A stretch of DNA of 64,000 nucleotides from a plasmid. The stretch lies in the sequence record NZ_CP118109.1. One strand, 5' to 3'. The position numbers were made by a program, and so were the translations under genes. Positions 43,173 through 52,288 of this stretch are shown here, piece by piece (position 1 is the stretch's first letter; each line of letters begins with the position of its first letter). The notes under the pieces are model-generated. The model had not been told where the DNA came from, ran no database searches, and saw nothing but the letters and a program-made list of their open reading frames with translations.

Positions 43173-44825
43173 TTACACCCATGAATAAGAAAGTCCGTGT
43201 AGCTCTAATCCATTATCCAATACTGCTTTAACCTTTAGCTCTTTGCCTTCTGACAGATCGCTCGTATTAGTCAACTCGTCTGGATTTACTTCCTTCCATG
43301 TCTCTCCGTCATCTATGGAGACAAAGTATTGTGGTCCTTTTGGCTCCTTAACAGAATAGTCCATTGTAACTGAAGCAACTACAGGAGTCGAAGCATTTAG
43401 ATCAATGAAAGCATCAATCCCGCTAAAGATTGGCGTAGTACTTGGATCGCTTGTAGCCAATGAAATGGCCACATAGAACGTAATACCAACTAGCCATTGC
43501 ACTTGCTCTGGAGGAAGACTTTCAACATCGGCAATAGTCATGCCGACTGTTTCGATTTCATCAAGGCTGGTTTCCACCCACTGAGCGCTAGCTTTATCAT
43601 ATCTCTTGTAGATCGATTGGTCTGAAGAGATTAAAAGCTTTGCAGTTGTTCCGTTTGGATAGATTCCTTTAATCTTTAAGTTTTGGATTCCGTTTTGCGG
43701 AGCGCAAGTAGCAATTAATCTTGCCGGCTGGTTTACAGGATACGTTTTAGGCTTTGAGATATTCGGTAGTATCATGATATCTTGTACATTTCGTTTTATT
43801 GGCGTCAAAACGTCCGACGTAGCAGTCGTCCCTTGTTGGCCATATACTTGTGACCCTACCGCATACAAATCCAGCGTGTCTTGAAGAAAATAAGATGCGA
43901 CGGTTCCCAAAAAAACCTGAGTTATATTCGACAAGCTATTAATCTGCTCAAATCTTAATCTCTTTTCGCTGTCACCCAGACCTAAGCTTCCACTACTATT
44001 ACTTCCTGTACCCCAAGCACTCCCATCATTTTTAACATAAACCGTATTGTACAAGGATCCATCTACCGTTTTCACATCTACATCAATTAAGATAGGCGTG
44101 GTTTGATTTACTGTATCGCCTGTGCCTAAGTTTCCGTTTGTATTATGCCCCCAACCATAAAGTTCCGATTGGGAATTAATATAAAATCCACTATAGTTCG
44201 AAGTAAATATTTCCCTAATATCTTCATCTATAGCCTCCAGAATTTTGATAAATTTATTATTGGCTGATACAGAATTAAGCAAAAATCCATATGTGTTGCT
44301 TCCAGCACCATAAATAGATCCGTCTGAAAGGAGAAGTATGGATGCGGAAACACCGCATGCTACCTTTTTAGCTGTCATTCCTTCAGGAAGAGGAACTTTA
44401 CTAAAAGTTGTTACATTGTTTCTATGACCTAAACCTAGTTGGCCATTATTATTGTTTCCTGTTGCATAAACCTCTCCGCTTCTTGTAATCGCCAATGCAA
44501 AATTTGATCCGCATGCTATATCTATTACATCCGATATGGTAGGAATAATAGCTATCGTGCCATTATTAATAGTTGTTCCTTTTCCAAGCTGACCTAAAAC
44601 GTTGTCACCCATTCCATATAGGTTTCCATCTTCACTTAAAGCTATTGCAAAGTTGATTCCCATAGACACTTTAATGAACTTCACACCTGGCGCTCTCGTA
44701 TTCTCGCTGAATACTGTTAAGTTACCGCCACTTCCGTTACCAATCTGACCTTTATCATTTTGTCCCGCAGAAACAATTTTATTATCTTTATTAATTAAGT
44801 GAATAAAGTTAGAAGCATGCGCCAT
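43173..44825 (-). CDS. RCC1-repeat beta-propeller protein (family C paralog) with a conserved C-terminal module ending GLSYSWV. Putative receptor-binding protein.
   Basis: At least 6 blades, each with a G(Q/N)LG(L/K/T)G motif. The C-terminal about 55 aa are nearly collinear with those of the 41040 ORF. Confidence 0.6.
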   Translation of the reverse strand: MAHASNFIHLINKDNKIVSAGQNDKGQIGNGSGGNLTVFSENTRAPGVKFIKVSMGINFAIALSEDGNLYGMGDNVLGQLGKGTTINNGTIAIIPTISDVIDIACGSNFALAITRSGEVYATGNNNNGQLGLGHRNNVTTFSKVPLPEGMTAKKVACGVSASILLLSDGSIYGAGSNTYGFLLNSVSANNKFIKILEAIDEDIREIFTSNYSGFYINSQSELYGWGHNTNGNLGTGDTVNQTTPILIDVDVKTVDGSLYNTVYVKNDGSAWGTGSNSSGSLGLGDSEKRLRFEQINSLSNITQVFLGTVASYFLQDTLDLYAVGSQVYGQQGTTATSDVLTPIKRNVQDIMILPNISKPKTYPVNQPARLIATCAPQNGIQNLKIKGIYPNGTTAKLLISSDQSIYKRYDKASAQWVETSLDEIETVGMTIADVESLPPEQVQWLVGITFYVAISLATSDPSTTPIFSGIDAFIDLNASTPVVASVTMDYSVKEPKGPQYFVSIDDGETWKEVNPDELTNTSDLSEGKELKVKAVLDNGLELHGLSYSWV

Positions 44826-44844
44826 AAAAAATCCCCCTCTTTAA

Positions 44845-45387
44845 TTAGTAATCACCTTTTATAAAATAGCTGCTGCCGCTTGAAGATATCTCTTCAGGTT
44901 GATTACTGGATTCGACTGCTGAGATTCCCACGATTCTTTTTAAAATTATAGTTGATTCGTTTAGGAAAGCTGAGACACCTATAGCATTCACACCAGAATC
45001 ATGTTCAGAAACAGTATCAATATCTAATATCCTTTTCATGATGCCATTCGTTGTCTTCAGTCCGATGTCATGTAGATTCAAATCAGAAAGGCCTTCATCC
45101 TTAAATGTTACTGAGTCAATATCGGTATTTCCGGTTATGAGTACACCAGGTGATAATTCTATTCTAAATCGAATATATCTCTGCACTGCAATACCTGAGT
45201 CAGCTGCTCTAAAATCAGAGAACTGGATTCCATCTGGAGAGTCAGCTATCAAAACATTGGTTTTCGCTGGGCTATCAAAACCGTCAGGAATTGAAATAAC
45301 CGGATTCAGTGACATGTATGATTTATAATTATCGCCTAGATCGATTACTTCTGAAGTCCAGGATCCCGAAGCCATATATTCTTCCAT
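44845..45387 (-). CDS. Small 180-aa protein, family D paralog (SGSWTSEVIDLGDN ... DGIQFSDF ... QRYIRFRIEL).
   Basis: Block similarity to the 42707 ORF. Located between an RCC1 gene and a family B gene. Confidence 0.45.
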   Translation of the reverse strand: MEEYMASGSWTSEVIDLGDNYKSYMSLNPVISIPDGFDSPAKTNVLIADSPDGIQFSDFRAADSGIAVQRYIRFRIELSPGVLITGNTDIDSVTFKDEGLSDLNLHDIGLKTTNGIMKRILDIDTVSEHDSGVNAIGVSAFLNESTIILKRIVGISAVESSNQPEEISSSGSSYFIKGDY

Positions 45388-45398
45388 TTTAAGCCTCC

Positions 45399-46784
45399 TT
45401 ATCTGGCAGGTGCACGTTTCAATTGAATGCTGCCATCGACTAGCTCTGTATTCTCAAACGTGCCTTTAGTTAAATCAAGAACATAGGTTTCGCTATCCTT
45501 AACCGATCCAGATTGTGCGACAACCACGAAAGTAGGTTTGGCATCGAGAACTTCGGCTATTGTTATTAATTCAGCGCTTCCCGCCCCACCTGTGTACTTA
45601 TGCAATGCTTCATCATAAGTCACATTGATTGAGCTTTCCTTATCCACCCCTGACTGATCTCTAAAGTCGTCAACGATCATGTCTGTCAGCTTATACCGAC
45701 TTTGATTGAGAAGGGCTGATACGCGAAGGTTATGCTTATTTAAGTTAATGGCCGTCTTCTTTTCCGTTTCAGAAATGATAGTATTGATTGGCTTTGACTT
45801 ATATAAAATAGAGAGCTTAGTTAAGCTAAGGCTTTTATCTGTTGGTGCTTCAATTTTCACCTTAAACTTCTTATTGAACTTCGACTCGATACTTCCAGCT
45901 TCTCCGATCGGCACAAATCCTTCACCAGTATCAGTGTAAATAACTGCACTAGTAAAGTCGTTTTCAACAAAGATAGGCAGTGTTTCAGCCATTTCATAAA
46001 GCTGCGTCCGCCCAATAATCAGAGTTGTAACTGCAGAAGATGTTGCTTTCTCAAAATAGAAACGGTAATACCGGTATTTAATACTGTTAGAGAAATTAAA
46101 CGTTCTGACAATTGCAGTAAACCAGCTGTCTCGATATCCTCCCCAGTCGCTTGTAGTCGCTGTCTGAGCATCTATCACATTCCAAGTATTCCCGTCATTA
46201 CTTCCTTCAAATCTCCAAGACCCTGGCATTCTATCTGCGTAAAAAGTCCCGCTCGTATTCTCAGTGCCCGTGGACATAGAATATTGAGTGATGAGTTTTT
46301 CTTCTCCAAGATCAATAGTAACAAAAGAGTTAGATGGACTTCCTCTCCACGCAGATCTCCAAACGTCACTAAACATACTGTATCCTGTTCCGCTTGATTG
46401 TGTAACCACTAGTGGTGCAGGGGCGGTGTTCGAAGTCATACTAGGAATTAATGCAGTATACTCACCTTCAGGTACAACTTTTGTTTGGATGCTTACTTTC
46501 TCAAGTTGGACTGCATCTTCCAATTCAATATCGCCAATCCACGTTCCCTTTCCTGTTAAGACGCCATCTGCAACAGAGACATTAGTAAGCTCTGCATCTT
46601 TCCATTTCTCATCAGATTGAATTGTATAGATTCCTTCATCTGATCCGATCCTTTTCGCCTCTAACGCTTCAAGTCTTTCCTTGGCATTAGCATAAATATC
46701 TTGGACTTCTGCACCTATTCGATTTGAAAGATTATTCATCTCTCGTTTGGCCTTATTCGCTTTTTGCAACGAAATAATATCCAC
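45399..46784 (-). CDS. Fibre/receptor-binding-like protein, family B paralog 2 (MDIIS N-terminus) with a discoidin-like domain (PGSWRFEGSNDGNTW) and the RYKLTDMIVDDFRDQSGVD block.
   Basis: Shared N-terminal and KYKL-block motifs with the ORFs at 39877, 52289 and 46831. Confidence 0.5.
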   Translation of the reverse strand: MDIISLQKANKAKREMNNLSNRIGAEVQDIYANAKERLEALEAKRIGSDEGIYTIQSDEKWKDAELTNVSVADGVLTGKGTWIGDIELEDAVQLEKVSIQTKVVPEGEYTALIPSMTSNTAPAPLVVTQSSGTGYSMFSDVWRSAWRGSPSNSFVTIDLGEEKLITQYSMSTGTENTSGTFYADRMPGSWRFEGSNDGNTWNVIDAQTATTSDWGGYRDSWFTAIVRTFNFSNSIKYRYYRFYFEKATSSAVTTLIIGRTQLYEMAETLPIFVENDFTSAVIYTDTGEGFVPIGEAGSIESKFNKKFKVKIEAPTDKSLSLTKLSILYKSKPINTIISETEKKTAINLNKHNLRVSALLNQSRYKLTDMIVDDFRDQSGVDKESSINVTYDEALHKYTGGAGSAELITIAEVLDAKPTFVVVAQSGSVKDSETYVLDLTKGTFENTELVDGSIQLKRAPAR

Positions 46785-46830
46785 TCATGCCACCTCTTTT
46801 ATGAAGTAAGATAAGGGGTAGGGATAAACC

Positions 46831-49047
46831 CTACGCCCAAGAATATGCAATGCCTTGCAATGATGCACCAGTAGGAATTGTTGCTTTAATCCGCAGGCTA
46901 TTACCACTCATTGCTGAGATATCAATAATTTGTTCCGCTCCTGCATTTACCCAGGTCTCTCCGCCGTCTAAAGAGAAAGCGTAAGTGACTGTGGCTGATC
47001 CGTCCGGAATGATAACCAGACTAGTTCTTGATGCAGGAAGAGTTTCGATCGGCATAACTACAATGCCGCTGCCGTCATATTCTTTGTTAATTGTATCATA
47101 AACGGCTGTGGTCAGCGATTCATCTACGCCAGTGTTTGTATCGAATGTATCGATAACTAGATCATGCAGCTTGTATTTTTCTATAGCAAGCAAAGCATTG
47201 CTCTTGAAATTGAGCTTTGCCATGTTAATTGTGTTGATTCGCTCCAAATCCTCTAAGCGCCCTTTAATTGTAAGCTCATCATAAGTCACCTTTATCGACT
47301 CAATGTAAGGCGTTACAGTTGTGATAGCATTAGCTGTAAAACTAATTTCGTCTGCGTATACTTCATCCTGTAAGGATTCCATTTCAAGATAGTAAGCGAA
47401 ACGGATTGTATTTGAAGACTGAATCAACATATTCCACTGATCACCGGTAAGACTGTTGAACGACTCTGATGTCATTCCGCTTGTCTTAACCCCCGGAAGA
47501 TCAGCTGCGACTGTGATCCAGTTCGAACCATCCCATGCTTTCCATGTTTGCCCTTGATCAACACTAGCAATGGCTTTTATTCCCACAGCATTTAAGCTAA
47601 TAGAATTTAAGCCTTCAGTAGGGATTAACATATCGCCTGCTGGCATTATGAGTTTTCCATGAGGAACTGCTTCTATACTAACCGTCCTTTTAGCACTCGT
47701 GTCATCCGTCCACATTAGCAGCTTTGCTTCGCCTCTCAGCTGATCAAATGGAGTAAAGGGCTCCGCTTCAAATATTATTTTTTCCTCTCTTGTCTCTTCC
47801 GAGGAGTACTGAAGTATACTGAAATTATCTTTCAGTTCATTCCATAACACTGATGATATATCTGAAATTGAGTCTATCCCTTTATCTAGGAAAAGTTCCT
47901 CTGTGGCTGGTGACTCTCCAACAACGAACCATCCTAGATCAGGACTATACCCTTTAATTTGATTATCTTCTGCGATCAGGAATTTTGTTTTAATCTCAAT
48001 TATCTGCTCCCAAAGTGATTTAACTCCGGAAAGAGGAATCTCTGCTGCACGTATTTTGCTTGTTGTATTACCAGATCCTAGCTGTCCATTGTTATTAAAC
48101 CCTGTTGTTCTTACAGTTCCATCTTCCATCAAAAACGCAGTATGGATATCTCCACAGGATATTTGCTTGATTCCAGAAAGCTCTATGCTTACAGGAGTTG
48201 TATAGCTTGAACCAGTATCTCCAATTGACATTTGCCCATTTGAGTTATATCCGCATGTCTTTGCCGTGCCGTCTTCCATAAGAAACATCGTATGATAAAA
48301 TCCGCATACAATATCTTTTGCTCCTGATACAGGAATATCAACAAGAAAAAACTGTGTGCCGCCTCCTACCCCCAGCTGTCCATTTGAGTTATATCCACAA
48401 CCTTTTACGTCTCCATTTTCTAATAAGAATACTGTTCTATTGTTATAGCATGCTATCTTCTTGACACCCGAAATTGGAACATCAATGGGAGAGTTCGATT
48501 GATTCAGCGTGTTTCCAACACCTAGCTCTCCATATCTGTTATAACCTGTTGCCTTTACCGTACCATCTTCCATGAGGAACATTGTATGCGTTGCGCCACA
48601 AGACACCTGCTTAACATTTGAGATGGCCACATCTGTAGGGATTGTTTTATTTTGTGTATTTCCAATTCCTAATTGTCCGTTTCCGTTGATTCCGACGGTT
48701 TTGACTGTCCCATCTTGCATCAAAAATACTGTATGATAACTTCCACAAGAAACTTGCTTTACATCTGAAATTTGGACATCGACAGGCGAAAGTTGATTTG
48801 CAGTGTTTCCAATACCTAACTGTCCATTGCCATTAAGCCCTGTTGCCTTTACAGTTCCATCATTCAGCAAAAACATCGTAGAGGCGTCTGAAAAAGAAAC
48901 TTGCTTTACGTTTGAAATTCCAATTTTGATAGGGGTTGAATTTACTGACCCTGTGCCGCCAGTCCCCAGCTGGCCAGAACTATTCAATCCGGCCGCCATT
49001 ACAGAGCCATCTTCCATTATAAAGAACGAAAATCGTCCTGTAGCCAT
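46831..49047 (-). CDS. Mosaic 738-aa protein: an N-terminal 7-blade RCC1 beta-propeller, a central family-B-like block (KYKLHDLVIDTFDTNTGVDES), and a C-terminal family-C-type module ending GIAYSWA.
   Basis: Seven G.NG(Q/E)LG.G motifs. The rest is by block similarity to the family B and family C paralogs. Confidence 0.6.
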   Translation of the reverse strand: MATGRFSFFIMEDGSVMAAGLNSSGQLGTGGTGSVNSTPIKIGISNVKQVSFSDASTMFLLNDGTVKATGLNGNGQLGIGNTANQLSPVDVQISDVKQVSCGSYHTVFLMQDGTVKTVGINGNGQLGIGNTQNKTIPTDVAISNVKQVSCGATHTMFLMEDGTVKATGYNRYGELGVGNTLNQSNSPIDVPISGVKKIACYNNRTVFLLENGDVKGCGYNSNGQLGVGGGTQFFLVDIPVSGAKDIVCGFYHTMFLMEDGTAKTCGYNSNGQMSIGDTGSSYTTPVSIELSGIKQISCGDIHTAFLMEDGTVRTTGFNNNGQLGSGNTTSKIRAAEIPLSGVKSLWEQIIEIKTKFLIAEDNQIKGYSPDLGWFVVGESPATEELFLDKGIDSISDISSVLWNELKDNFSILQYSSEETREEKIIFEAEPFTPFDQLRGEAKLLMWTDDTSAKRTVSIEAVPHGKLIMPAGDMLIPTEGLNSISLNAVGIKAIASVDQGQTWKAWDGSNWITVAADLPGVKTSGMTSESFNSLTGDQWNMLIQSSNTIRFAYYLEMESLQDEVYADEISFTANAITTVTPYIESIKVTYDELTIKGRLEDLERINTINMAKLNFKSNALLAIEKYKLHDLVIDTFDTNTGVDESLTTAVYDTINKEYDGSGIVVMPIETLPASRTSLVIIPDGSATVTYAFSLDGGETWVNAGAEQIIDISAMSGNSLRIKATIPTGASLQGIAYSWA

Positions 49048-49074
49048 TTATGTCACGCTCCTTTTTATGATCTA

Positions 49075-51135
49075 TTAGATGTTTGCATTCTTGATAGTTA
49101 CTCCTGCTTTATTAACAACAGCCTGCTTTATAAACCCGCCTCCATGGGCAGTAGGGGTATCGTATGCTGCATCAATACTTGTTTTTTTAACGAAGGCCTG
49201 ATTAAAAGATTCCATGGCTTGATCAAACATTTCTTGAGTAGCAGGCGCCTGTCCAACTACAATCCACCCAGATTCAGGAGAATATGTTTTAATCTCTTCT
49301 CCATCTTGTATAAGGAACTTTTGAATGATAGGTGGCGGCTCGATTTCTAAGACTGGTCTAAATCCCGGTGCAGCACTAGACGTAGCTGATGCGCCCATTG
49401 CAGTTACAGTGCCGCCTCCTCTCAATGTTCGGTAGGTCGCACTGTTGTTGTGAGTTGTAGAAGTCCATGAACCATAAACACCATAATTCCAAACATTATT
49501 ATCTCCGGCTGTAATTGCCCCGTTTAATGAAGAGTTGACGATATATATATCCCATTGGTTATCTTTATTGGCAGAACTATTACCCCCAGTCATTAAACGC
49601 ACTGTGCCTTCGCTGCCATTATCAGAGACAAGCGCCTTAACACCGCTTCCAGAGGCAACGCCCGAGCTATTTAATTCATTCCATGTAATATTAGTTTGAA
49701 TATTTCGGTCTGCAATAAGAATCTTCTTGCCATTCCAATCTTCAACCATAATGAAATAGAAGTCTCCATTTGGCACAGATGGGCCAGATGGCGCTAGGAA
49801 ATCGCCTGTCTCTTTCCCGAGATTACTAAACGCTCCCACCGTCCCGCTGGTCGTTACAACGTAATTACATCTTATGCGCTTGCCTACTTCAAGATTAGCA
49901 ACATCGGTTGCTTCATCTGGATGTAGAAGGCGGCCATCAGCTTTAATATCAACAGCATCAAAGACGATTAAGCCCGTCCCTGTAATCTCAACTACATGCT
50001 CATTACTGTCAGAGAGAGTTTTCTCGTAGGCTAGTCTTTGTTGCATTAGTGTATCTCTAATAGAGAAAACCTCTTCGACACCATCTATTCGAACTATCAC
50101 ATTATTTGAATGTTCAGTGTTTGTTTTAGCAATAATGCGAATGCGATCGCCCGTAAAACGAAATGATATTACATCTGTGTCTACAGATGCGTTATTGCAG
50201 ACTCTGGTTACACCTTTGTATGCTCCTGTATCTCCTGCGCTATTTGCAGTCCAGCTCCCTTTATATTTAAAACCTGGATACTGATCATCATATCTCTTCC
50301 ATCCATCCTGCGGTGCAGTTAGCGCTCCTCCTATTAAAGGAAGTATGCTGCCATCTCCATCAATATCAAACGCATTAAACTGTGAGTACCAATCACTCCC
50401 TGTGTGGGTTGTAATTGTTGCTACATGATTTGAGTCGGTGAGATCAAGTATTTCAAATACTACTTTATTTGACTCATTAGCAGCCGGAAGCAGTTCATAT
50501 TCTACTCCATCAATATCTAAGACATCGAAAACATTATAATTATATAAAAGTCTGAGCTTCGAGCCTGAAAACCTAAATTTTATTGTACCTGCATTATAGT
50601 TAATATCACTTGATACTCTATTGGCAGCATATTGAATAAGCGGATCATTGTTCTCTATACGCTTCCATCCAGCTTCCGGGCTGGTTAATTGGCCACCAAT
50701 CAATACCGTTAAATATCCACCTTCATCAATATCAATAGCATCAAAATAGAAGTACTTAGCAATAGAGTCCGCACTAACCTCAACGGTATGGAAGCCTAAA
50801 GGAAGCCCATTCTTTTCATACTGTAATGCCTGAAATAAAGTGCTACCCCCTACGGAGCTAAATGTTTCAGATATACCATCTATAGTGATTTTTACTGATT
50901 CATGATAATCTTCTGTGTTCGAATTGTAGCCAATCCATCTTATTTTAGTCCCATAAAATCTGAAGGATACCTTCGCATTCGCATTAGCTGATCCATTATA
51001 TAGCCCGGATCCACCGTAATGACCTTCATTAGTTGAGCTTCCCCAACTTCCAGACAAAACAAATTTACTATCTGTATTGTCAATACGTTTCCATCCTGTT
51101 TCTGGAGCAGTTAATGTTTGTCCTATTGTTGCCAT
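49075..51135 (-). CDS. 686-aa protein with three tandem roughly 130-aa internal repeats (each I GG/Q (Q/A)LT(A/S)PE/Q(T/A/D)GWKR ... F(D/N)A(I/F/V)DI(D/K)), a central FYFIMV...LIADR block, and a C-terminal GFRPVLE motif. Putative carbohydrate-binding fibre protein.
   Basis: The internal repeats are visible by eye at residues about 1-135, 136-270 and 271-400. The C-terminal motif is shared with the 51139 ORF. Confidence 0.5.
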   Translation of the reverse strand: MATIGQTLTAPETGWKRIDNTDSKFVLSGSWGSSTNEGHYGGSGLYNGSANANAKVSFRFYGTKIRWIGYNSNTEDYHESVKITIDGISETFSSVGGSTLFQALQYEKNGLPLGFHTVEVSADSIAKYFYFDAIDIDEGGYLTVLIGGQLTSPEAGWKRIENNDPLIQYAANRVSSDINYNAGTIKFRFSGSKLRLLYNYNVFDVLDIDGVEYELLPAANESNKVVFEILDLTDSNHVATITTHTGSDWYSQFNAFDIDGDGSILPLIGGALTAPQDGWKRYDDQYPGFKYKGSWTANSAGDTGAYKGVTRVCNNASVDTDVISFRFTGDRIRIIAKTNTEHSNNVIVRIDGVEEVFSIRDTLMQQRLAYEKTLSDSNEHVVEITGTGLIVFDAVDIKADGRLLHPDEATDVANLEVGKRIRCNYVVTTSGTVGAFSNLGKETGDFLAPSGPSVPNGDFYFIMVEDWNGKKILIADRNIQTNITWNELNSSGVASGSGVKALVSDNGSEGTVRLMTGGNSSANKDNQWDIYIVNSSLNGAITAGDNNVWNYGVYGSWTSTTHNNSATYRTLRGGGTVTAMGASATSSAAPGFRPVLEIEPPPIIQKFLIQDGEEIKTYSPESGWIVVGQAPATQEMFDQAMESFNQAFVKKTSIDAAYDTPTAHGGGFIKQAVVNKAGVTIKNANI

Positions 51136-51138
51136 ATA

Positions 51139-52287
51139 TTACACCTCCTTATATTCAAGCACTGGACGGAATCCAACTTGAATGTTGGCATTATCAGAAC
51201 TATAAGTGTTATAGAAAGCGACCCCATTAGATCCGCCTCTTATAACTCTCCTAGCTGCTGATCCTGAGCTTATTCCGTCAGAACCGGTGTCTTGTGTCCA
51301 TGTCATACATTCAGCAAAATGAAATATGTCATTTAACGTTTTACCTTCTTGTATTCGGCTCTCTGGATATTTTGTGATATAGCGATCCCATTCATTATTG
51401 GTCGGCCAAGCTCCCTGTGGTGGATTCTGTTCAGTTAAAGCTTTATTTCCTTCAGAATCCGCGAAGGCAACTCCACCTGTAAGTGTTCTAATTACTCCTG
51501 AGACTTCGAATAGCTGCATCTCTTGAATAGAGAGATATGTAGCATCTCCACTATTAGCAGACACATTAATTCGATATTTGGAATAAACCTTTTTATTTGC
51601 AAATGAGAAATTCATGAATGCATTGCTCGCCCACCCAATAATGCCAATTCGTTGATCGAGAATAACCCATCTTGACTCAGTTTCATCCCATGCTTCAAAT
51701 GTCCAGTCTTTAGGGCTTCTTAATAGATTTGAAATTTGAGGACATACTGCATATCCTGTAATAACCCTAGGCTCTGGAAAATCATATTGTAACCATCCGC
51801 CTATTGTTGAATTAGTCACCCAAGCATTGCCTGCATTCGAAATATTGCCATCAAAGGCTTTAAACGCGGGTTGTCCAACCCATTCACTGCTGGCACTTGC
51901 CAATCCACTAGGCACAGTATTACTGGTCATCACAGGGATATTATTTCCACTATTCCATGGAACCCCTTCTATATGCTTTGTTTTATTCAGATCATTCCAG
52001 CTTCCGGTTTGGCCTGTTAAGCAAATCCTATCCGCAATAAGGAGCCCCTTGGAGACTTTGATAAAATAAAAATATCCTATATGAGCATCGACACCATTTG
52101 ATGAGTAAGTTAATCCAGTCAAAGGCATCTCTTTATTAATCCCGGCACCGTCATTTAATTCGTCAATTTTCCCTAAGTGATTAAATATTCTACTGGGGTT
52201 CACTTGTAATCCGCACTTAATATAATCCCCTATTTCCATTTCGGCCACTTTTGTTCTCAACAGACCTGTTGTTGCTGGCGCTGCCAT
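51139..52287 (-). CDS. 382-aa protein with an N-terminal FYFIKV...LIADR block (shared with the 49075 ORF), a discoidin-like domain (AFDGNISNAGNAWVTNSTIGGWLQYDF), and a C-terminal VGFRPVLE motif.
   Basis: Block similarity to the 49075 ORF at both the N-terminal block and the C-terminal motif. Confidence 0.5.
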   Translation of the reverse strand: MAAPATTGLLRTKVAEMEIGDYIKCGLQVNPSRIFNHLGKIDELNDGAGINKEMPLTGLTYSSNGVDAHIGYFYFIKVSKGLLIADRICLTGQTGSWNDLNKTKHIEGVPWNSGNNIPVMTSNTVPSGLASASSEWVGQPAFKAFDGNISNAGNAWVTNSTIGGWLQYDFPEPRVITGYAVCPQISNLLRSPKDWTFEAWDETESRWVILDQRIGIIGWASNAFMNFSFANKKVYSKYRINVSANSGDATYLSIQEMQLFEVSGVIRTLTGGVAFADSEGNKALTEQNPPQGAWPTNNEWDRYITKYPESRIQEGKTLNDIFHFAECMTWTQDTGSDGISSGSAARRVIRGGSNGVAFYNTYSSDNANIQVGFRPVLEYKEV

Positions 52288-52288
52288 A

